The notes beneath the pieces are model-generated. The model was not told the origin of the DNA and made no database searches. It was given only the letters and a program-made list of their open reading frames with translations. From a virus (lineage: Duplodnaviria; Caudoviricetes), in the IMG/VR virus record IMGVR_UViG_3300014204_000125, positions 1-64,000 of that record: a stretch of 64,000 nucleotides of DNA. One strand, 5' to 3'. The position numbers and the translations under genes were made by a program. Below, piece after piece: positions 53,194-60,945 of this stretch; position 1 is the first letter of the stretch; each line of letters starts with the position of its first letter.

Positions 53194-53924
53194 CCCAGCT
53201 CCCTCCATTCAGCAATGTTTATCTGGAGTTTTTGAAGAAGCGGATTCAGCCGCGGGAGTTCGGAACCGTAGAGGTGGGCTTCTTTTCTATGCGACTGTTT
53301 GGGGTGGTATCGGTACTGGACAAGGCATTCCGGGACATTTGACATTACTACATCTTTCTCGATGGCGAGCCGCAGCCAGAGTTCGAGATCAAGCGCGACC
53401 CGATAGGATCCATTAAAAATGAAACCACGATCCACGAGCCGTTTGTTTAACATCATGGAGGGACACCCAAACGGGCACTGGCCCTGGGATAATAAGGTTT
53501 TTATCATTGAGTTTTCTTGTGGGTATTTCCATTCACCCTCAAGCCCCTGGAACAATTTCAAGAATGTACCGCAAACATCGATCTTCATTTCTTCCATGTA
53601 AAAATATTGCTTCGAAAGTCTATCCGGTGCCGAGATATCGTCCCCGTGCGCCATCGCGATATACTTCCCCTGCGCGTCGTGCATCATGATATTCGTGCGA
53701 TCCGCGACATTAATGGAATCCTCGGGGGTGTCCATTGGTATCACGCGGTTATCCCGCATCGCCCACTCAAGAATCGTCTTCTGCGAACCATCCTCGGATC
53801 CTCCGTCAAAGATCAATAATTCGATATTATTAAGAGACTGGTTCAGAATCGATTCGATCGCAGGACTCAGGTATTCCCCTGAATTCAATACGGGCATAAC
53901 GACGGATACCAATGGATTATTCAT
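53184..53924 (-). CDS. Glycosyltransferase family 2
   Basis: VSVVMPV, DGGSEDGS, GKYIAMAHGDD, DLELWLR. Confidence 0.9.
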   Translation of the reverse strand: MNNPLVSVVMPVLNSGEYLSPAIESILNQSLNNIELLIFDGGSEDGSQKTILEWAMRDNRVIPMDTPEDSINVADRTNIMMHDAQGKYIAMAHGDDISAPDRLSKQYFYMEEMKIDVCGTFLKLFQGLEGEWKYPQENSMIKTLLSQGQCPFGCPSMMLNKRLVDRGFIFNGSYRVALDLELWLRLAIEKDVVMSNVPECLVQYRYHPKQSHRKEAHLYGSELPRLNPLLQKLQINIAEWRELGCF

Positions 53925-54232
53925 TATTTTACCTCTTCATCTTTTCTTGCTTTTTCTTCGAGATCTCGAATTTCCTCTTCCATGAATTTCCGGAAGTATT
54001 TCCCGACATTGCTTTTCTGCAAGAACTGATCTTCGAAGCCGGCCTTAACGAGCATTACAGTCTGATATCCCGTCTGGCGCTCGTAAAGGAATTTAAGAAA
54101 GTCTTTAACCGCTTCGATCGAATCTACCCGATCCCACTCCAATTTGAGAGGGAACGCGGCCTGGGGCTGAGGTTTGGAAAGGTCTATCGCTTTACTTGTA
54201 TCGATCCCGGGAAGACTTGGTGTTTTATTCAT
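53924..54232 (-). CDS. Hypothetical protein
   Basis: 102 aa, coupled ORF. Confidence 0.6.
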   Translation of the reverse strand: MNKTPSLPGIDTSKAIDLSKPQPQAAFPLKLEWDRVDSIEAVKDFLKFLYERQTGYQTVMLVKAGFEDQFLQKSNVGKYFRKFMEEEIRDLEEKARKDEEVK

Positions 54233-54761
54233 TCGCTTCTCCTATAATATTTTTTACGCCCTTTAAGTTATAGTATATTCGAATAAATGTTTTGGCCGGC
54301 TCGTTCGGCCGGAGCAATCGGATCGGGGGAAGATATGACACTATATTCTTATCGTCCTCTATAATCCCAACGCATTGGGTGCGCTTCCCTTTTGGCTCCT
54401 GAAGGAAATCATTTGGCGCCTCTACGAGATTACTCAAATCGCCCAGACTTTTCATATTCGGGACTTGGAATATATAAGCCAGAATAATTGGGCCGCGGAT
54501 AGGGAAGATATTCCCGAGTTTCGCCTTGAGCCCGTATTTCTGGATCATTAGAGAGTCCATATAATACTTCTTGAACTCTTCGTACTGTGCATTCTTGCCA
54601 ACGAACACCCCGCCAGTTTTACGATTAATTCCGATATTGGCCCTGTTCTTTTTTACGATCGCCGGGGCTTCGAGGCAGAGGTCAATGTAAGGGATGTCTT
54701 GATTAAAATCAACCCCCAACATTTTGAGCCGGGTATAACAATCATCAAGGATTTGACTCAT
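54225..54761 (-). CDS. RusA-like Holliday junction resolvase
   Basis: DLSNLVEAPNDFL...GIIEDDKNI. Confidence 0.7.
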   Translation of the reverse strand: MSQILDDCYTRLKMLGVDFNQDIPYIDLCLEAPAIVKKNRANIGINRKTGGVFVGKNAQYEEFKKYYMDSLMIQKYGLKAKLGNIFPIRGPIILAYIFQVPNMKSLGDLSNLVEAPNDFLQEPKGKRTQCVGIIEDDKNIVSYLPPIRLLRPNEPAKTFIRIYYNLKGVKNIIGEANE

Positions 54762-54952
54762 CCGCGAATCACATCTTTGGGATAATCGTTTTTATGAAAT
54801 CCCGGGCCTTTCAGGATCGACGCATTCGAATAGGCTTCGACCCGCTGCATTAATACAGAGCACTCGGAGCACACGACTTTAATGTTTTTGTTCTTGACAA
54901 GAAACTCTTTTGATTTCTCACACTTAGGGCAATTATATTCAAACAGTGGCAT
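54758..54952 (-). CDS. FmdB-family zinc ribbon protein
   Basis: MPLFEYNCPKC...CSEC...KGPGFHKNDY. Confidence 0.85.
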   Translation of the reverse strand: MPLFEYNCPKCEKSKEFLVKNKNIKVVCSECSVLMQRVEAYSNASILKGPGFHKNDYPKDVIRG

Positions 54953-55373
54953 CTTTGTCTTCCTTTCGGAGTATAGCGGAAATTATTTTTGCATTTTGCC
55001 TTAGCAGTTGCTCTGGGTTGGGAATAGAAGTTTCGACGCCTTCGAAGACGTAGTCCACAAAATCAAATCTATCTAAATTAACTCTTTCTGGGTCAACTAA
55101 AATAGATACAGGAATATGGAACCAATAAAACTTTTCTTTGTCAAAATAATCTTTGAATAAAACGCACAACGACTCGCCCCAACTCTCAGCCGACCTATTG
55201 GCTCTGAGAGAAGGTTCAAGATCATCGGCCCTACAATATCCTATTGCAGAATCGAGTGCGCCTTCAATGGCCTTCGCGCACCCGAGTCCTTCGACCAAAA
55301 AAGAATAAGAGTCATCATATCTTTCTAAGGAAAACTCTCCTATATCCATTCTCGGAATTGTTTTTTTATCCAT
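54939..55373 (-). CDS. Hypothetical protein
   Basis: 144 aa, coupled ORF. Confidence 0.55.
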   Translation of the reverse strand: MDKKTIPRMDIGEFSLERYDDSYSFLVEGLGCAKAIEGALDSAIGYCRADDLEPSLRANRSAESWGESLCVLFKDYFDKEKFYWFHIPVSILVDPERVNLDRFDFVDYVFEGVETSIPNPEQLLRQNAKIISAILRKEDKDATV

Positions 55374-56010
55374 AAGTTTTAACCTCTTTCAGATAGAGCC
55401 CGCCGGCCTTTATCTCTATTGTCTTGATTACCCCGCGATTCAGTATGTCTTGGAGATTTCCGCGCGCGCTTGAGTGGTTCGCATAGTGATGCGGGATATG
55501 TCTTAACGCCTCACTCAAAGTGACTCCAGGGTTATTGCCGACATACGTCTCGAGGAGTTGGCAGGTTTCCCGGAACGGGGACCAGTATTGCCGATTCGCG
55601 CTGCCGGAGGGGCTAAATGTTTTCTGTTTCTCGTATAGGGTAAGTTTCAAAACTTTGCGGGTAAATACGGGTTCCACGGCTTTTCGGATCTCCTGGGTTG
55701 AGATACAGAAATAAAAGACTCCGATCCCAAGTTTCCGCGCTATGTGTTCGACCGTGTGCCTGATACTATAAGAAGCGGGGTACGGGACACATATAGAGAC
55801 CTTATGGCAATACTGTTGCGCCGTAATAGCCTGATCCAGAACACTCAGGCAAGCCGTAACCTTAACCTCAATCCCCCAACGCATGACCCCACACACCGAC
55901 ACGACATCGATTACATTCCCTTGCCGGCCCGTTGTGACTTCCATGTAATTCGTGAAGCCGTGGGTCTCCATGTATTTAAGCATGTGTTGGGCTAATTCGG
56001 TTTCCTTCAA
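55366..56010 (-). CDS. PD-(D/E)xK nuclease-fold protein
   Basis: ETEL..YMEV..IDVV..GIEVK..QA. Confidence 0.65.
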   Translation of the reverse strand: MKETELAQHMLKYMETHGFTNYMEVTTGRQGNVIDVVSVCGVMRWGIEVKVTACLSVLDQAITAQQYCHKVSICVPYPASYSIRHTVEHIARKLGIGVFYFCISTQEIRKAVEPVFTRKVLKLTLYEKQKTFSPSGSANRQYWSPFRETCQLLETYVGNNPGVTLSEALRHIPHHYANHSSARGNLQDILNRGVIKTIEIKAGGLYLKEVKTYG

Positions 56011-56246
56011 ACTTCGGCTTCCTTTTCTTTCTTAAAAGTATCTTCCGCCATATCATTAGCGATCTGGGACATTGCCTTATCTTCCTTGGAGATCTTGGGG
56101 CCTTCCCGAGCAATCACAGACGCGCGATACCGGGTGAGCATTGTGTCCACGATTTGAGACATGATGACCCTGCGCTCCCGGCAGAACTCAATGTTGTCCT
56201 TGGACAGATAAACCGATATACTTAACATGTTTTTACGCTTTGCCAT
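56007..56246 (-). CDS. Ribbon-helix-helix DNA-binding protein (probable)
   Basis: SISVYLS alternating strand followed by two helices (MSQIVDTML); first gene after the promoter. Confidence 0.55.
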   Translation of the reverse strand: MAKRKNMLSISVYLSKDNIEFCRERRVIMSQIVDTMLTRYRASVIAREGPKISKEDKAMSQIANDMAEDTFKKEKEAEV

Positions 56247-56269
56247 AAATCTTCCTTTCTAACAGTTCT

Positions 56270-56298
56270 ATCATAACACAGATATGGACTTGGGTCAA
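56270..56298 (-). promoter_or_regulatory. sigma70-type promoter of the RHH-to-sugar operon
   Basis: TTGACC-17-TATGAT with TGTG; CATATCTG in the spacer. Confidence 0.75.
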
Positions 56299-56311
56299 TA
56301 TATTTCTGGGC

Positions 56312-56340
56312 TTGACACTGTTTTATTTTTGTGTTAATAT
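56312..56340 (+). promoter_or_regulatory. Divergent sigma70-type promoter
   Basis: TTGACA-17-TAATAT with TGTG. Confidence 0.7.
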
Positions 56341-56345
56341 GAGAG

Positions 56346-56438
56346 CATTGATTCGACACATTCCTCGCCTATCCCGTTACGTCGGTAGTAACGCATATCC
56401 TCACCCAACAGCCGCCTCCCCGGGCGGTTGTTCTATTT
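56346..56438 (+). ncRNA. Putative ~90-nt small RNA
   Basis: Promoter, hairpin CGTTAC-gtcggta-GTAACG and terminal hairpin; no ORF. Confidence 0.5.
56407..56438. terminator. Hairpin terminator, possibly bidirectional
   Basis: AACAGCCGCC-tccccg-GGCGGTTGTT-ctattt. Confidence 0.65.
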
Positions 56439-56528
56439 ATGGTGCTTAAATTTTCCGATGATCCCGGCGCCGGCGAAAGTGATAATCAAAGTAATCACCC
56501 AACCCCAAAAATCCTGCACAGCGATCAT
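56433..56528 (-). CDS. 31-aa single-TM peptide
   Basis: MIAVQDFWGWVITLIITFAGAGIIGKFKHHK; ATGA overlap with the upstream gene. Confidence 0.55.
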   Translation of the reverse strand: MIAVQDFWGWVITLIITFAGAGIIGKFKHHK

Positions 56529-56929
56529 CCAAGTTCCTTTATATCAAACACGAGTCCGCGGCAGAATTTCTCTCCGTCTTCCATGATCACGAACGGGCTC
56601 GCTGGGAAGTCGCAGGACATCAGCCAGGAGAATCCGCCCGGATTATTCCAGAATTTGGCTTTGATTTTCTTCATGCCAGCCTCGTGTGCCTTATTCAACT
56701 TGCAATCATCGCAGTCCTCGCAGATCCTCTGGTATATCCCGTCCTTGGAAACAAGAATGGAGTCCCCATAGGCTTCATCTTCTATGGCGCCACGGAACTC
56801 CACGCAATCGTCGCTGTGTCCAAAGACTACAACGAGCCCGTCTTTCTTCGCCAGTTTCGCTTCGATCTCCGTGATCTCGGCGCCGTATTCCCGATCATTA
56901 AGGATTGCTGCCAATTCCTCTTTAGTCAT
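56525..56929 (-). CDS. Phage-type hypothetical protein
   Basis: 134 aa; GLVVVFGHSDD..EFRGAI, FVIMEDGEKFCRGLVF. Confidence 0.7.
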   Translation of the reverse strand: MTKEELAAILNDREYGAEITEIEAKLAKKDGLVVVFGHSDDCVEFRGAIEDEAYGDSILVSKDGIYQRICEDCDDCKLNKAHEAGMKKIKAKFWNNPGGFSWLMSCDFPASPFVIMEDGEKFCRGLVFDIKELG

Positions 56930-57257
56930 TATCTTCCTCCCGTTTTATTTTCTTTGAGGTCTGTTTGATTATCTTTTTAAGCCAAGCGATTTCCTTGAGT
57001 TTCGTTTCCTCGTTCTTCCCGTAGCGCTCTATCAACCCCATCTTCGCCAGTTTCTCTGCGACATAGACCTCGAGTATGCCAGCGCATCGTTTACAAATAC
57101 AGCACGAGGGCCAATATTCGAAAGAAGTCTCTTGATTTAAACCCGAGGTTAAAGAGAATCGGCCGTCATCCTTTTCCTTTTCGCAGACATCGCAGATATC
57201 GATTTCTTTATCCACACGTTTATAAACTTTGACGGAGGTTTTGACTATTTTCTTCAT
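56922..57257 (-). CDS. Hypothetical Zn-binding protein
   Basis: CDVC...CKRC. Confidence 0.55.
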   Translation of the reverse strand: MKKIVKTSVKVYKRVDKEIDICDVCEKEKDDGRFSLTSGLNQETSFEYWPSCCICKRCAGILEVYVAEKLAKMGLIERYGKNEETKLKEIAWLKKIIKQTSKKIKREEDND

Positions 57258-57748
57258 TCGTAAACCTCCACGTAATATTTATATTTACTCGCGAAATCGA
57301 GGAGTAAAGGTTTGACTTCATTTTCCCAATTAAGCCCGCCTAATCCGCACCCAATTTTTGGGAAAGCAATCGATGTTACTCCAGTGCAACCCAATTTCTT
57401 ACCTTCAGGACTTACGTGGTGCAGTATTTTTGCAAGCCCTCTTTTTATAAGTTCAATATCGGATTTCTCACGCCAATCCCATTTTGTAGGGAACAAACAA
57501 ACCGAATAATCCTTGTCTTGTTTATAAATATTATAATGGACCTTGGTGTAATCTTTTACCCCCTTTTCCAACTTCATAGTCACCAAACAAGACTTATAAA
57601 AATCGTTCAATCTTTTACCGAAAAGATCTTTGAAAGTTTTAGCCAATCCCGCACCCATAACCCCGACAAGATTCGTGGGGCATACCAACATATCGCATTT
57701 CGATTTAAAAATATCCCCGCCCTTTATTATTTCAAGATTATCCATCAT
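57254..57748 (-). CDS. Macrodomain ADP-ribosylhydrolase (DarG/TARG1-like)
   Basis: GDIF..NLVGVMGAGLA..FPTKWDWR..SIAFPKIGCGLGGLNW. Confidence 0.9.
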   Translation of the reverse strand: MMDNLEIIKGGDIFKSKCDMLVCPTNLVGVMGAGLAKTFKDLFGKRLNDFYKSCLVTMKLEKGVKDYTKVHYNIYKQDKDYSVCLFPTKWDWREKSDIELIKRGLAKILHHVSPEGKKLGCTGVTSIAFPKIGCGLGGLNWENEVKPLLLDFASKYKYYVEVYE

Positions 57749-57999
57749 TTTCCTCCCAATATTGCATCAGATTCTTCCCCGTACCTCCGGACCACGCACT
57801 CCCGATTCAGTTTGCCTTCCTTGCCGATTATCTTGAGTTTGGCAATCGGAAGCGCTTCTAAAACGCCTTTGCAAAACCCTTCGCAATATATGGCAAGTCT
57901 ATTCTCACAGGACTCAACCCGGCGCCATTCCGAATCAAATTCGTTATAAACTTCCACCCGATATGACCGGCTATTTTTTGTCATTAAACCTTTCCTCAA
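57745..57999 (-). CDS. Hypothetical protein
   Basis: Coupled ORF. Confidence 0.5.
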   Translation of the reverse strand: MRKGLMTKNSRSYRVEVYNEFDSEWRRVESCENRLAIYCEGFCKGVLEALPIAKLKIIGKEGKLNRECVVRRYGEESDAILGGK

Positions 58000-58240
58000 G
58001 AAGTGAAATTAAAACGTCCCCATGACACGAAAAGGGTCTACAAAAACAACCCAATACTTTATCCTTTAACTCGGTCAAATCCTTTAACAAACCAGGACTT
58101 CTTAAAAGATAAAGCCGATATTTTTCAAGAACCGTTTTCCGATTTCCATCCCTGCCGAGTTCGTATGGGTTTCCCCATTTACTCGGCCGGCCGATGTAGA
58201 TGTCATATTTTTCTTTTTTCAGATTAACTACTCGGGTCAT
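57971..58240 (-). CDS. DUF4326-family protein
   Basis: YIGRPSKWGNP..LKDKVLGCFCRP..CHGDVL. Confidence 0.88.
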   Translation of the reverse strand: MTRVVNLKKEKYDIYIGRPSKWGNPYELGRDGNRKTVLEKYRLYLLRSPGLLKDLTELKDKVLGCFCRPFSCHGDVLISLLEERFNDKK

Positions 58241-58412
58241 TTTTTCTCCTGAACACTTTCTTGCAGTCGGGACAGAATGCGTGGAACACCTGATTCCCGA
58301 AGTCTTTAATGTACTCTTTGGTACGGCGCTGTTTCCTGTTGATTAGGGTCATTTTGGGATGTTGGCACTCTGTCGGGATATGGGTCATTTCTTTTAAATC
58401 TTTCGGATCCAT
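58224..58412 (-). CDS. Small Zn-binding hypothetical protein
   Basis: CQH...CPDC; AAGGAG RBS. Confidence 0.6.
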   Translation of the reverse strand: MDPKDLKEMTHIPTECQHPKMTLINRKQRRTKEYIKDFGNQVFHAFCPDCKKVFRRKNDPSS

Positions 58413-58422
58413 TTTAACTCCT

Positions 58423-58602
58423 TTATATTTCCAATTTTGCTTTGCAGTTCACGCACTCGATTTGGTTTGTGACTCCGTTGGGGTTCTCGTGTTGCAGAAT
58501 AAAGATATGGAAATCCCGGCACCCGCATACGCATACGAACTCGGCGTAACGGTACGGGGATTCCCCGGAATGGGGTAGATTTGTTAATTTAATTCTCTTC
58601 AT
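58423..58602 (-). CDS. 59-aa Zn-ribbon protein (below the ORF track cutoff)
   Basis: MKRIKL...CVCG...CVNC; fills the gap between its neighbours. Confidence 0.6.
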   Translation of the reverse strand: MKRIKLTNLPHSGESPYRYAEFVCVCGCRDFHIFILQHENPNGVTNQIECVNCKAKLEI

Positions 58603-58611
58603 TTTATCCCC

Positions 58612-59238
58612 TTATACAACAGTCTTCCAATCCGCGGCGATGGCGCCCGTGGATCTATAACTCGACACGGCACAGCAATACCCGGAGAAAGCATCGCCCA
58701 TTCCTTTGGAATCCCCGGAAAACGACATGCAAGCCGACTTAGATATCCCGATCGATGAACCCGCAATCATCGCGTCCTGATTCGCAGCGAGAAAAACGAA
58801 CTGCCATTTGTAAACATCCGTCTGGTGAGATATCATTTCGAAGACCTGTTCGCGTGTGAATTTTCTGGAAGCGTTTTCTTCCCCGTCGGTGAGGATTGTC
58901 ACGATGACTTTCTCGGGGCGCTCGTCTTCCTTCATAGCCGCAATCCTGGCCCCGATTCGGGTTACGGTTTCCCCGATCGCATCGTAAAGCGCGGTGCCGC
59001 CGTTGGGGACATAGGTTTCGGTGTCAAGCCTCTTGACTTCACCTACGAGAGCGTTCTCGCATACAATTTTGAGATCCCCATCAAAGGAAAAAAGAACGAG
59101 GTCCATCCTGGCTTCCCCGGGTTCTTTCTGCTGGGCTTCGAGAAAAGTATTGAATCCGCCGATCGCGTCGTTGCGGATGGATTCCATTGATCCTGATTTG
59201 TCGATGATAGAAACAATTAAGGTGAGATCTTTTTTCAT
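58612..59238 (-). CDS. vWA-domain protein
   Basis: MIDAS DKSGSM, GGTALYDA, LTDGEENAS. Confidence 0.9.
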   Translation of the reverse strand: MKKDLTLIVSIIDKSGSMESIRNDAIGGFNTFLEAQQKEPGEARMDLVLFSFDGDLKIVCENALVGEVKRLDTETYVPNGGTALYDAIGETVTRIGARIAAMKEDERPEKVIVTILTDGEENASRKFTREQVFEMISHQTDVYKWQFVFLAANQDAMIAGSSIGISKSACMSFSGDSKGMGDAFSGYCCAVSSYRSTGAIAADWKTVV

Positions 59239-59255
59239 AGCGACTCCTTTTAAAT

Positions 59256-59492
59256 TTAAAACGGCATTACGGGTACATCGGGTTCCTGATTGAATTTGAA
59301 TATCTTCTGTATCCCGGCTTCAGCATCACTCCCGGCCCGCATAAGGCTTTCTTGGACCATCATTGCATTGGCGAGGCTGACATAGGCACCCAGGGCAAGT
59401 ATTGAGTTATCCAAAAGACATTTCACTTCGATATAGAAGTATTGTTTAATTCGGATAATTTCGTAGGAAAAGAATTTGTTTTGTTTTTTCAT
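59256..59492 (-). CDS. Hypothetical protein
   Basis: Start refined to MKKQNK. Confidence 0.5.
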   Translation of the reverse strand: MKKQNKFFSYEIIRIKQYFYIEVKCLLDNSILALGAYVSLANAMMVQESLMRAGSDAEAGIQKIFKFNQEPDVPVMPF

Positions 59493-59494
59493 AC

Positions 59495-59800
59495 CTATAC
59501 TTTCTTGTTTGTTTTTATTTCCATTTCGTCTACCCAAGAAAAAACGATTTCGTGCATCCCTAGCTTTGAATCTTTGAAGACAACGACATGAAAACCTTGT
59601 TCTACAAAATCCGATAGAAAAGACTGGAATATTTCGGATTCGTAACTCTTAATTTTGATACAGCAACAATGTGTCTTTTTGTTTTCTTTTGCCGTATCCA
59701 GCATAGCCTTGCGAACCTCTTCAATAAACTCAGAAGTTCTCCCGTTGGATTGGCGATCCGTCTCGTTAATAAGTGTTTGTTTAAAAAGCCCTTTATTCAT
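59495..59800 (-). CDS. Hypothetical protein, G[FY]..I.W paralog family
   Basis: FVEQGFHV...EIVFSW. Confidence 0.55.
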   Translation of the reverse strand: MNKGLFKQTLINETDRQSNGRTSEFIEEVRKAMLDTAKENKKTHCCCIKIKSYESEIFQSFLSDFVEQGFHVVVFKDSKLGMHEIVFSWVDEMEIKTNKKV

Positions 59801-59828
59801 TTTGCACCCCACATTTATTTAATACCTA

Positions 59829-59857
59829 ACTCTAACACAAAAAATATAAAATGTCAA
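59829..59857 (-). promoter_or_regulatory. sigma70-type promoter
   Basis: TTGACA-17-TAGAGT with TGTG. Confidence 0.7.
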
Positions 59858-60052
59858 TCCAATATAAACAAAAATCACCTTCTCCTATCTCGCGGCGTAT
59901 CCTCGGGCAACACACCCAAAACAATGCGATAAAGAGAAAGCGATCCCAAAGTTCCATCGGGTCCGAAGGAAACCAACACCGGGTTGATATCCGGCATAAC
60001 CCTTCGCCTCTTGCAAAACCCCGGGCGAATTTCTTTCATAGCTTACGAATAA

Positions 60053-60081
60053 AGTGTACCAGAAATCAATCCAGAAGTAAA
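60053..60081 (-). promoter_or_regulatory. sigma70-type promoter directly after the terminator
   Basis: TTTACT-17-TACACT with TGn. Confidence 0.55.
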
Positions 60082-60082
60082 C

Positions 60083-60110
60083 AAAAAAAAGTCCTGAATT
60101 TCTTCAAGAC
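60083..60110 (-). terminator. Intrinsic terminator of the ncRNA operon
   Basis: GTCTTGAA-GAAA-TTCAGGAC followed by T8. Confidence 0.85.
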
Positions 60111-60165
60111 TTCTTTTGCCGGGTGTACGCCCGAGGTAGTCGCAGAACCACCTTAAAATATAAGG

Positions 60166-60257
60166 AGGAGCTAGTCCGGGATGAAGATTTGCGCCTATCC
60201 ACACTTTGCGCTGTCTCCGTTTTACAAGGGTGGACCAAGTTCCCGGATCAAGCCCCT
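60166..60257 (-). ncRNA. Unidentified structured RNA (long closing stem plus T-loop-like arm)
   Basis: AGGGGCU/AGCUCCU, UCCGGGA/UCCCGGA, GUCCAC/GUGGAU, AGG-CGCAAAU-CUU. Confidence 0.5.
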
Positions 60258-60275
60258 ACTCTTTGATATTAAAGA

Positions 60276-60420
60276 CCCCAAGGGAGGGTTCGCGCCTCAT
60301 CTTCCCGGTGCGGTGGTTATCCCACAATACGAACTTAATCGGACGCACTTTTTACACCACGCGTGGCGGGTTTGCTCTTTCTTTCAGCCTTGCAAGACCT
60401 TTCATTGAGCTACCTCAGAG
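60276..60420 (-). ncRNA. tRNA-like RNA with expanded D loop and anticodon-arm insert
   Basis: CUCUGAGG/CCUUGGGG acceptor-like stem, UA-GCUC..GAGC D stem, CCCG/CGGG, GAGG-CGCGAAC-CCUC T-like arm. Confidence 0.45.
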
Positions 60421-60425
60421 AGATT

Positions 60426-60835
60426 TGGTGGAGGTGTGGGAAATTGCATCCCAGTCCGAAGATCTTTCCCTGTCTTGATTTTTACACGCTTATCCCTTTT
60501 ACCCGCGGGAAGGGTGTCGGTTTTGAGGCGTTACCCTGTGTCATGGTAGAACAACCGATGCCCCATGATCCACTTGCGTTAGATTCTTTACGCGGATAAC
60601 TCCGTTGGCAAGTTCGCAGAGTTTTTACGCGGGCGTCCCCTTTCGGTTCGGCCGTGGGTTCACAATTAAGCGGCTAACATAACAGGAGCGAGTTCTTTTA
60701 CGAACAAACCTCTGACAATATTGTCCACCTGATCGAGAACTGAATTAGTTTTGGCAATTAGTGTTTGTGCATTAAGGAAGCACGCCTTTGCGTGACAAGA
60801 TAGTTCGTTATCTCCGTCGAAACTAGTTCACCCCC
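60426..60835 (-). ncRNA. ssrA: tmRNA (410 nt, one piece)
   Basis: 5' GGGGGUGAACUAGUUUCGAC; 3' UGGGA-UGCAAUU-UCCCA CACCUCC ACCA with a G3.U pair; H2 pairings (GGAGAU/AUCUUC, CACGC/GCGUG); PK1 (AAGG/CCUU, GUGC/GCAC); UAAUU-GCC resume; tag ends LAA-stop (60666-60755). Confidence 0.95.
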
Positions 60836-60845
60836 GAAATATTTG

Positions 60846-60945
60846 TTGCGGCGCTTCAAGTCTTGGGTGATCATGCCAGACGAGCTTCGGGAGATCCAGA
60901 GAAAAGAGGGCCCTCTAATATCCCTTTGGGATTCCCATACCGCAA
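60846..60945 (-). ncRNA. Unidentified structured RNA upstream of tmRNA
   Basis: UUGCGGU/GCCGCAA closing stem enclosing several hairpins. Confidence 0.4.

Noticed and set aside
24990-53924. NSG in RfbH, one GT4 and one GT2 as glycosylation sites
   Set aside because: Single occurrences within or next to conserved family motifs (e.g. VNSGSSAN); not counted as support.
39822-53924. Host O-antigen locus or chimeric assembly
   Set aside because: The genes are coupled to phage-type genes, flanked by promoters sharing the same box, and lack wzx/wzy/ABC export genes. Read coverage should still be checked.
59875-60039. 54-aa - strand ORF MKEIRPGFCK...
   Set aside because: No RBS and no motif; I cannot tell coding from non-coding, although a promoter precedes it.
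60170-60310. 6S RNA-like long hairpin
   Set aside because: The competing local fold pairs better and no convincing 6S central bubble is seen; an Rfam search is needed to exclude it.
60276-60420. Canonical tRNA gene
   Set aside because: No 7-nt anticodon loop, no TTC T loop and no CCA; reported only as tRNA-like.
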